NCBI GenBank assembly: GCA_951406725.2
Contig: OX597832.1
Span: forward strand, 3,038,001-3,102,000
Direction: 5' to 3'
From: Octopus vulgaris
Taxonomy: Eukaryota
DNA length: 64,000 nucleotides
The notes below the pieces were generated by a model that was given only the letters and a program-made list of their open reading frames with translations, had not been told where the DNA came from and made no database searches. A program made the translations under genes and the position numbers. Within the stretch, counting starts at the first letter, position 1. Every line of letters begins with the position of its first letter. Of the stretch, positions 54,561 to 64,000 are shown piece by piece.

Positions 54561-55751
54561 GTAAGTAATACATAACTTTGTATTTAGTTGAAGCATGTTT
54601 TTTAAGTGAGTGCATGTTGGTTTGACATTGGTATGGGGTGGGGATGGAGGGTAATAGAACAGTAACGCTAGAGTGTGTTGGGTATGGGTAAGACCAATGC
54701 AGTCCTTTTAAAAGAAAATATTCATTATTAGCAGCATTTATAGAATAAATTTCTGCTGATTAGGAATGCATATCATGATCGTTGTTATCGTCATCATTTA
54801 TCGTCCATATTTTATGCTGGCATGGGTTGGACTGTTTGACAGGATCTTATGAGTCTGAGGACTGCATTATATTCCAATGTCTGTGTTTGGATGCCCTTCT
54901 TAATGCCTCATTACAGCATGCACTGGGTGGTTTTATTTTGAGCCCCCTGCAATATTAAAGTTGCCATGCAGCTCGTAGGACTTTGAAGCCTGGGGGAGGT
55001 GAGTATCAGCTTCATGTTAGTGGTTGAGGAGCTAAACTATAAGATGTGCTGGGAAGGGGTCAGAGCATGTTCTTGTCAAGGATGATTGACTTGTAATAGT
55101 AATTCAATCAGCCCCCTTGTATCATAAAGCAAGGTGACCAAGATCACATCTTAACCACATTAAAATAATGTTTATTTTGCTGTATGAGATGCTTATTAAA
55201 GCATAATTGATATTATGTAATATTGTTGAGCCAGATTCTGGTCAGCATTTTATCACATCTATCACTTGGCCATTCAGAAATTTTCTTCATGTGCAGCTAA
55301 TGCATGAACTACAATGAATTTAGAAGTCAAGATAATTGGTTAGTCAGGTTATGAAGGAAGATATTACTCTCCAAATTAGCAGTGTTGTTGGTTGTCAGTT
55401 GCTGTACTAGAGAGATATAATAGTCATGGAAAGTAAGTTGAATAAGATGCATTTGGAGTTAGTACCTGGATGTGAAATCAAAAGAAGATCGTAACAATGA
55501 ACAAACAGCTATATTGATCTACTTAAGGTTTTGGGGAGGGTTCCTTATTGTTAAATCTGGTAGGTATTGAGAGCGGGAAGTGTAGATTAATGTGAGAATA
55601 TTGCAAATCATATATGTGTATACATGTCTCTATTCTTAAATCCTTTTCTTATGTTTCTTGAAAGAATGACACAGAGATTTAGAAAGGACCTAAAGCTGTG
55701 TACTCAGTGCCAAATATACATTCACAAGAGGTGCTGTGAGATTTCATCATT

Positions 55752-55970
55752 CATCATCATCATCATCATCGTTTAACGTCCGTTCTCCATGCTAGCATGG
55801 GTTGGACGGTTCAACCGGGGATCTGGGAAGCCAGAAGGCTGCACCAGGCTCCAGTCTGATCTGGCAGTGTTTCTACAGCTGGATGCCCTTCCTAACGCCA
55901 ACCACTCCGTGAGTGTAGTGGGTGCATTTTACGTGCCACCGGCATGGAAGCCAGTCAAGGCGGCGCTGGT
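55752..55970 (-). mobile_element. RTE 3' tail fragment
   Basis: (CAT)n CGTTTAACGTCCG..CCATGCTAGCATGGGTTGGAC. Confidence 0.85.
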
Positions 55971-56079
55971 AAATTAATAAAGAGCCAGGGCAAATAGTAG
56001 GGGCATCTATGAATGAAGCTCCTGAATTTCTCAGTTCATTAGAAGTAATTGATAATCTTATTAAATAAATAGTGCTGGA

Positions 56080-57700
56080 GATGGTCGGCTTGAAAAAACA
56101 ATAGTAAAAAAGTGGTGGAACAATTTCTGTTGTTGCTTGTGTTAACAATAGAGAGTCCCTTCCTCCTTGTATTTTATGAGAAGTGGCAGTATTCATGGTC
56201 TCTACATGCATACTTAGGCCTGTTGAACCTTTGTGTGTCAACACCTGTAGGAAAGATATGTGCAGGGAGAGAATTTCAGAGGACTGACATTCTGGGAATG
56301 AACTGGGTGTAATGATTAGTTTGGTTCCTAGAACAAGAACACAACAAGGGTGGTGGGAAGAGTAGAGATAAGCAGGACAGGTATGTTTGAGTGAAGGTGG
56401 CACAGGCCCAACCAGCTGTGAGGTGCATAGGCCATTACAGTTGGTGTAGGAAAGGAAGAGAAGGGAGACAGCAGTCCTGTAAGGCAGAAGCTGGAGCATG
56501 TCTGTGACAGACTTTATGCCAATCAGACAGGTAACCCTTTCTTGGATGCAGTCTAAGGTGTCTGTGTGCAGTGGCAGCAGCATTCCAGGTGTGGGAGCAA
56601 TATTCTGTTGGAGGCTGAAGTATCTTTCAGCTTTGAAAAGAAGAGCCAGGATGTGGTCCTGTAAAGGATGTGCTTTTGCTAGGAAAGATCCTTGGTGATA
56701 GTGAAAAACTACAAATGAGGTGATTTTGAGGACTCTAGCTAATTTGCTGCTCACGATTAAGAAGAGTGTGGTATGGTAAATTTTTTGTTTTTTTATGTGA
56801 AAAGAATTTGTGTTTTCTGAATGTGAAAAGAGACGAGAGTGACATACCCCAATTGGAGGATGCTTTTTAGAACTTGGGTCCATGGCGGCAGTGTGAATTT
56901 GGTATGTGGTGTTTGTTGTAAGTGGATGTTTGGAGAATGTTAGGAAGGAATGAAGGGCATAAAAATGAGTGTTGCTGGATGTGATAGCAAGTAAATCATT
57001 GACATGTACTAAGAAGAGAGTGGAGAACATCATAATTAACATAATGAAGAACAAAAAGAACTCCATCAGCACTCAACAATTGTTTAATCTGTTAGGAAGC
57101 TATCAATTCAAGAGATGAAAGATGATTGGAGCCCATAGGTGGGCAATTTCAATAGGAGATTCACATGCTAGATATACTTGAAAGCTTTGCTTTCACCAAA
57201 GTTATCCAAGACAAGTACCCACTGGTGGACACAGAAAAGTAGGTCACTAGTTCATCTGGTTTTAGAGCAGCTGTTCTGATGGTCATTAAGAAAGGGGAGG
57301 AGAGACAGATTCCAGGTGTTTGAAGACATTGTTGTTAATGGCTGTCTCCTTTAGCTTAAAGATATTTGAAGTGAATGCAATAAGGCAATAGTTAACATGG
57401 TCAGAAAGGCTTCATTTCTTGTGAATGGGACACTAATGTTTCCCAAGATAGGGTAGATCCCTGTGGAGAGAGGAACCTCGAAGACTTTAGTTAGTATAGA
57501 AGCTAGCTCAGGAGTGCAGTGTTTGAGGTTAATAGAAGAGACACCCTTCAGAATTGGTAGCCTTGTTGGTTTAAAGAGTGTACTTGACTTACATGTATTC
57601 AAAGTGGTGAATTATATGAAAATTTACTTGTTAATAGTAGAATATATCAGTGTAGTTAATAGTGGAATATATCAGCGAAATCCTTACAAGCCACGAGAAG
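56080..57700 (-). mobile_element. Degenerate CR1/Jockey-group LINE relic
   Basis: LKHCTPELASILTKVF; LDCIQERVTCLIG...LQLL..R.AVSL...CNGLCTSQL; heavily frameshifted. Confidence 0.65.
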
Positions 57701-58289
57701 AATTGGTGAAATCAGATCTGAAAATGTCAGGCTTGAAAGACTAGAAGATACGTATTAAAAAGCAAATAACAACAAGGAACAGCTATGAGTTGTCATTCAT
57801 TGCTTCAAGTATTAGTTGTGTATGTATCACATCCATTACCATGTTTTGCAGCCTAGTATTTTGCAAGACATCTCAGTTGCCTTGTGGCTCTGTTATACAT
57901 TTTATTGATAATGTACTCATGCTTTCCATAGCACTTCAAAAGTTTCTGATTATAAGCATTGTTGTGCACCCTGGATAAGTTTTGTCTATCTTCACGTTGA
58001 CCAAGGTTTTATAATTAAAACTGGGTAGATGGCAGCTATGTTAGAACTTGCTGAGTGGATTGTATCTGTCCTTTGGTAAGAGAAATTATTGTAGTCTAGC
58101 TTAACATCAACACCTGGCTTTGAGCTGCTTTTAGAAGAGTTCAGTCTGTTATGTTCTTTCATGCCAGCTCTCCAGTTTGAGAGGAGCTTCTTTTTTTGCC
58201 TCAAGCTCAAAAAATAAGGATCATTAGGATTACCCTTCTTCCTCTGCCTAAGCGATAAAAATAGTGAAATAATGTAAGTGCATGTTGAC

Positions 58290-58480
58290 AGCCTGTGCTA
58301 GTGGTATGTAAAAGGCATCCATGCTGGTGACATATAAAAGGCACTCACTACACTCTTGGAGTGGTTGGTATTTGGAAGGGTATCTAGCTATAGAAACCAG
58401 GCCAAATCAGACTGGAGCCTGGTACTGCTCTCTGGCTCACCAGTCCCAGTCAAACCATCTAGCCCATGCCAGCTAAATGA
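58290..58480 (+). mobile_element. RTE 3' tail fragment
   Basis: CACTACACTCTTGGAGTGGTTGG...GGAGCCTGGT...CCCATGCCAGC. Confidence 0.75.
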
Positions 58481-58701
58481 TAATAGTGTTGTTGTTTTAT
58501 TTTGTGTATGTTGTGTGTAAGGGTTGTTGAAATAAAAGTAGGCTAGAGATTATCCTGTTTCAGGGATGTTTCTTAAAAACAATTCTTCAAGCAATCTTGA
58601 AGACCAATGTAATGCATGCTGATGTGAAAAATGAACATTTAGATACCACACAGAGTTTTAACTTTCTTCTGAAATTATTAAATTGATTATTTTTTTTACA
58701 G

Positions 58702-58880
58702 ATTAAACTATCTGGACAAACATCTTCCCATGGGTGTTCCTACTGATCGCTCAGACAATGAGTCCCAACCATTGATTGCCTACCGTAATAGTCTGGTACA
58801 GGGAGAACATGAAATTCATCCTATAACACTGAGACAGGCTACACAAAAGCGATATGGGACCAAACGGAAAACTGATACTG
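58702..58880 (+). CDS. STAG1: SA/STAG exon (LNYLDKHLPMGVPTDRSDNESQPLIAYRNSLVQGE...KRKTDT)
   Basis: ttacag acceptor, gtaaaa donor, phase 2/1. Confidence 0.94.
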
Positions 58881-59532
58881 GTAAAATATCTGTATTTTTG
58901 TTATTAATAAAGCTGGTAAGTGAACCTAATAAACAGTGCTTAGGCTATTGTGGAGCTTTCTAGCTTCTAGTTAGCTACTTACTGTTTCGGTGTTCGGACC
59001 TTGCTGGATCAGCATCACCTATTATTTTTCTCAGGTTGATTACTCAGATACCAAAGACATTGTTAAGAAATTGACCAGTTTTTGTTGTTTAATTCTTAGA
59101 GTAAAAGCTACAAGGTTTTGTGTGTGTCACTGTGTATTGTCTTCTCCCTCGACTATTATGACTTTTCAAACCCAGTATTTGTTATTGTTTTTTTATGTGG
59201 CATTAATATATGAGGGAAATCTCCTCTTGGCTAAGATGCTAGATATTGCAAGTAATATTCTCCAATGGTCTAGTACCTAATATCTGTAGCTAAGTTCAAC
59301 TTAGAAATGATAAATGCTACCTACGTAGAAGACACAGGTTGGACTAGGATACAAAATAATAAAGGCAAATGAGAAATGACTAAAGAAGTTGGTAATATTG
59401 AAAGGCAAGTGTTTGACTAAAGCAGTATGGTTAGGATGCCAATACACCTGGCCTGTAAGAAAGACAGGTGAGCACAGGTGGCTATTGTCATATGGAGAAT
59501 GGAGTCACCAGGTTCTGATTGTTAAGGGTGTA

Positions 59533-60769
59533 CAAGGGTGGGCTAAAAAAAGTTAATAGGCTGACTATGAAGTAATGATGTTTGAGCTGTGAAATCTTGC
59601 AGCTCTTTTTGTTTTATATAACTGCATTGTTTCTTTTTTGGTAAACTGACATCTGACTGTTCAAAGGAGACATCAACTAGTAACAACTTCTTGAAAATGG
59701 ATAAAATTTGGTACTGTGGTATTATCAAGTACCTGCAGAAAAAAAAAGGTTTTGTCCCCCCTCCCCCCATGATATTCATGCTGACATGGTTGCTACATCA
59801 GAAGGTGATGCTCCAGTTTTATCAATAGTGTAAAAGTGGGTCACTGAATTTAGGAGGAGATGGGAGAGTCTTGAAGATGATCCAAGCTCTGGACGTCCTG
59901 TTACTGCCACCACTGAGGAAATCATTGATTGTGTTCACCACATGCTGATGGATGACAGGCAATTGAGTATAACTCAAATAGTCCATGCTATCAGCATATC
60001 CTACAAGAGGTTTGAGAATATTCTGCACAATGAACTTAGCATGATGAAGGATTTCGCTCAGTGAGTGCTATGTCTTTTGACACCTGATCAAAAGCTCACT
60101 TGGTGTATCACATCTCAGGAAAATCCAACATTGTTCCAAACAGATCTAGCTGGTTTCCTTGAATGTTTTCTAACTCAGAATGAGTAATGGCTTAATGAAT
60201 TTGAGCCAGAGACAAAGAGACAATCAATGCAGTGGAAACATCCCTCCTCACCTGCTCCAAAGAAGGCCAAGGTGTTTTTATCTGCAGGGAAGGTGATGTC
60301 CTCGGATTTTAGGAATGCAAAATGCATTGTGTTTGTTGACTATCTTCAAAAGGGCCACACCATCAGTGGAGAGTACCATGCCAGGTTGCTGAGGCAGTTA
60401 CAAAAGGCTATCAAGATCAAACACCCAGGAAAACTGACAAAAGGGTGTCTTGTTTGATTAGGACAATGTTCTAACACACAAGTTCTTGGTTTTAATGGCT
60501 GCTGTGCATGACTGTGGCTCTGAACTGGTTTATCAGCCACCCTCTTCTCTTGATTTGAACTAGTTTCACAGTGGTGATGATGTCATATCTGCTGCTGATG
60601 ACTTTTTTGACCAACAGGATAAAAGCTTCACCAAAGGAGTCTTAATACTGCAACACTGATGGAAGAAGTTTAAGGGCCACAATGGGGACTACGTTAAAAA
60701 ACAAATTTCATTTGGTCACATTCCATGAAAGTATCTTGGTCAGCCTATGAACTTTCCAGCTGATCCTTG
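59533..60769 (+). mobile_element. Near full-length degenerate mariner transposon (~1.24 kb)
   Basis: TA flanks at 59531-59532 and 60770-60771; TIRs CAAGGGTGGGCT..AAAGTTAATAGGCTGAC and GTCAGCCTATGAACTTTCCAGCTGATCCTTG; transposase relics SLEDDPSSGRP and QSMQWKHPSSPAPKKAK..SAGKVM. Confidence 0.9.
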
Positions 60770-60959
60770 TACAATGTGTTCACATCCCCTGTTAATGTAA
60801 AGCAGTTCGTTGGTGTGATTGAGATTTGTGTTTAGGCTTTTTTGTTGAAACACATTCTAACTGCAAAATATGCTCGGCAGCATAATCAAGTTTTGGATAT
60901 TGCTAATACACTAAAACATTGATGCAGCAACATCAGTGTAATAAGAATCAGCACTAAAT

Positions 60960-61360
60960 TGCACCATGTTGCTTTCCAATGATTTGGAAAGGGCATTTGA
61001 TAGGGTACCACATTTAATAGTTAGGTGGTCACTGAATAAACTAGGTGTAGATGTAAAGACTGTAGATGCTTGTACAAGCTATGTGCAAAGATGCAGTAAG
61101 TAAAATGGAATTTGACAGTGATTTCAGAAGAGCTTAAGATTAGACGTCCACTAGGACTCTTATAAACTGATAATCTACTTCTCATATTTGAATTTATAGG
61201 GAAATTATAGAAAAGTATTCCAGGCTAGGAACTAAACCTAGAACTGAGAGGTCTTAAGGTAAAGATAACAATGGTGAAGGTTTAAGTAAGTAAGAAAGAG
61301 GACAGGATCTTGGCACCATTAGGAAAATGGCATTGTTCAATGTGCAGAAAAGGAGCACAT
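60960..61360 (+). mobile_element. Highly degenerate RTE RT fragment
   Basis: AF.DLERAFDRVP...WSLNKLGV motif. Confidence 0.55.
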
Positions 61361-61617
61361 TGTATCATCTCCAAAGATGAGATTAATTGTCTGAAAAAAA
61401 ATTATAATCTAATGATAACTAATCTTAAACTTTTAAATTCATTTTATTTTCATTTTTAAGAGTGATGTTCTTAAGAGAGTTTTTCTATTTCAAGACTTTG
61501 TCCAATTTTGACAATTGGATGCTTTTTTTCTTCTGTATTATTATCTGAGCTTTTCTGTCCAGGGGAATGATATTTTGGTGAACTTTGAGCCTTTCTATAT
61601 GGGACATATATAATGCA

Positions 61618-62131
61618 CTAGCAGTATCACCTGGCGTTGCTCGGGTTTGTAAGGGAAATAACTATATAAGCATTTTTAGAGATGTAAAGTATAATAGTCA
61701 TCTCAATATGGCTAACTACTGCATCCTTTAAGGCCCTCATGCTTTCCGAAATCTGCCGAAACTACACCTGATTATATATACACTTTAGATGAGTTGTAGT
61801 GCACCTGAGCACTGTACACGATTATTATTATTTTAAAGGGGGGTGTTACTGTAGCTTTTTACGTTCTGAGATTTAATAATACATTTTTAGAGAGTTACTT
61901 CCCTTATATAAACCAAGCGAAAATGCATTAAAAATGCGGAAAAATTATGGTAAATTTTTTTTTAAATCGTAGACTCATCGTAGACGCGCGCTAATACCCA
62001 GAAGGGCTCGATATGAATCACGACTATAAGATACCCGCTTTTGGTTACACTGCACCGCAAAATGTGGGAGTAGTTAGGAATCTAAATCGTAGGAGACAGA
62101 CACCACACAACCTCACTTTTATATATATAGA
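61618..62131 (-). mobile_element. Non-autonomous Helitron-like element with a ~120-bp nested insert (~61716-61835)
   Basis: Minus strand starts A|TCTATATATATAAAAG and ends with hairpin ACCCGAGCAACGCCAGGT then CTAG|T; no TSD. Confidence 0.75.
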
Positions 62132-62307
62132 TATAACATACATTGTTGATAGAAATTACTTCAGTTTCCCATCAGTACCTTGTTTTGAGTGTCTGTCACA
62201 CTGTCTAGTTTGGGAGTTTGTTTGTGTGTGTGTGTGTGTGTGCAGATATATGAATGGACAACTTAATTTGGAGAATTACAACAGTTTAATTGAATGTTGT
62301 TTTGTAG

Positions 62308-62545
62308 CATCTGGAGATGAGACCATGGATGCAGCTGCGTTAGCAAAAGAGGCAAGCAACCGTGCTGCTGCAGCTGCTGCTGCCTCAGCTGTCATAGCAG
62401 CAGCACAGGCATCCACTACTTTATCTACACCTCATTTACCTGTGCCACCTACTCCGAAACGGAGGAAACTTGAAGAGGATGCTGACAATACAAATAATAC
62501 AACTCGTGAAACAGAAAGAGGTTCTGAAGATGATTTCCAGGATAC
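62308..62545 (+). CDS. STAG1: SA/STAG exon, C-terminal disordered region (SGDETMDAAALAKEASNRAAAAAAAS...TPKRRK...ERGSEDDFQD)
   Basis: ttgtag acceptor, gtaagt donor, phase 1/2 fits both neighbours; E.GSE.DF matches recalled SA1 EHGSEPDF. Confidence 0.88.
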
Positions 62546-62582
62546 GTAAGTCCTTTATTTTAATACTGTTACATCTCCTGTA

Positions 62583-62963
62583 GGAGGCGCAATGGCCCAG
62601 TGGTTAGGGCAGCGGACTCGCGGTCGTAGGATCGCGGTTTCGATTCCCAGACCGGGCGTTGTAAGTGTTTATTGAGCGAAAACACCTAAAGCTCCATGAG
62701 GCTCCGGCAGGGATGGTGGTGATCCCTGCTGTACTCTTTCACCACAACTTTCTCTCACTCTTACTTCCTGTTTCTGTTGTACCTGTATTTCAAAGGGCCA
62801 GCCTTGTCACTCTCTGTGTCACGCTAAATATCCCCGAGAACTACGTTAAGGGTACACGTGTCTGTGGAGTGCTCAGCCACTTACACGTTAATTTCACGAG
62901 CAGGCTGTTCCGTTGATCGGATCAACCGGAACCCTCGTCGTCATAACCAACGGAGTGCTTCCA
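62583..62963 (+). mobile_element. Young full-length tRNA-derived SINE with 13-bp TSD
   Basis: TSD TACATCTCCTGTA at 62570-62582 and 62964-62976; box A TGGCCCAGTGG, box B GGTTTCGATTCCC; CpGs retained. Confidence 0.92.
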
Positions 62964-63076
62964 TACATCTCCTGTACCCTATAAACTGCTGTCTGTATTA
63001 TTATGCCTCATCCATTTCTCTTTGTCTTTTGAATTCCTTTTATAACCCAGAATTAATTTGTAGTGCCCCCTGATTA

Positions 63077-63270
63077 GCTCCCGTGCTGCTGGCACATAAA
63101 AAGCAGCACCTACTACACTCTTGGAGTGGTTGGCATTAGGAAGGGCATCCAGCTGTAGAAACCTTGCGAAATCAGATTGGAGCCTGGTGCAGCCTACTAG
63201 CTTGCCAGTCCTCAGTCAAACCGTCCAACCCATGCCAGCATGGAAAGTGGACTTTAAGCGATGGTGGTGG
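63077..63270 (+). mobile_element. RTE 3' tail fragment
   Basis: CTACACTCTTGGAGTGGTTGGCATTAGGAAGGGCATCCAGCTGTAGAAAC...CCATGCCAGCATGGAAAG. Confidence 0.85.
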
Positions 63271-63795
63271 AAGCGGCGTAGTAGTAGTAGTAGTAAAGCG
63301 TCAGTCTTTTTGTTTTTGTTTTTTCATAAAATTTGCTTTAAATATCTTGTTAACAACAGATACTAATTAGTTCTGCAAGATATAATAGCTACTTGCAGTA
63401 GGAAGTCAGTGAAAGTGCTAGGGTCATAATCCAATAGAACAGTTTGTTTCATATTTATTATTTTACGTTGCATAACCTGTCAGAGTCAGTATAATGGAAA
63501 ACTGGTTCTTTGGAAGGCAGCTGCATCTTATTTATAAAATTATTTATAGCAACAGTCATTCAGATCCTGCTGCAATTAAAAAAAAAAAACAGTGTAAAAG
63601 TACCAAAAAGGATGTGTGCAGAATCTTATGTCACTTAGACAATGTAACTTTTTAAGTGAGCTTAACTATTTCAATAGAACAGTTCTTATATTTCTCACAT
63701 TGAAAGTGTTGAGTATAGTTTACTTTTCAATGAATTCCATTCTATTTGTTATATGTTCCTTTATATGTCTGAGAATTAATGCATTTTATTTTCAG

Positions 63796-63909
63796 AATAT
63801 CTGATGTCACTCAACTTTCCCAGATGAATTGGTTGGATTCTTCAAAGCAATCAGACCTACAACAAAGAATTGAAACCTCTAACTACAGTCATTTACGACC
63901 ACCAAACAT
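63796..63909 (+). CDS. STAG1: SA/STAG exon (ISDVTQLSQMNWLDSSKQSDLQQRIETSNYSHLRPPN)
   Basis: tttcag acceptor, gtgagt donor, phase 2/2; QMNWL resembles recalled SA1 QISWL. Confidence 0.82.
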
Positions 63910-64000
63910 GTGAGTATTTGGTCAGTCATTCTTTTATTATTGTATAGTTTTATAGTTTGAATACATGTAAGCATTAGATAACACTGATGTGATTGGATTT

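Noticed and set aside
55873-57072. 399-aa minus-strand ORF as a host gene
   Set aside because: Mosaic of decayed LINE frames running into an RTE tail; no coherent domain.
62583-62655. Functional tRNA gene
   Set aside because: tRNA-like head continues into a SINE body bounded by a TSD, with no proper acceptor stem.

Overview
AT-rich, repeat-dense eukaryotic genomic DNA. The repeat landscape (CORE- and Nin/Deu-type tRNA SINEs, many RTE 3' tails ending in (GAT)n) suggests a mollusc, most likely an octopus; this is an inference. The window holds 22 consecutive + strand coding exons (15093-63909, about 2.54 kb, about 845 aa) of a cohesin SA/stromalin (STAG1/2-type) gene. All introns are GT-AG and reading phases are continuous; start and stop codons lie outside the window. 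The rest is intronic: long (TA)n/TGCA arrays whose ORFs are spurious, a duplicated 5'-truncated CR1-group LINE with 34-bp TSDs, Penelope-like fragments, RTE and CR1 LINE relics, two Gypsy relics, mariner, piggyBac-like and Helitron-like elements, SINEs and a 100-N gap. The most notable signals are self-cleaving RNA motifs. A complete type I hammerhead ribozyme (6721-6782, - strand) sits in a 479-bp monomer present as about 1.3 tandem copies, a candidate non-LTR retrozyme. A minimal hammerhead (14539-14589, + strand) lies behind a Penelope-like element, and a tRNA-headed SINE ends in a decayed hammerhead (15478-15720). Also notable are a LINE/SINE shared 3' tail, a 130-150-bp direct repeat flanking an RTE copy, and several long intronic fold-backs. 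Homology calls come from motif recognition by eye; no database search was run.
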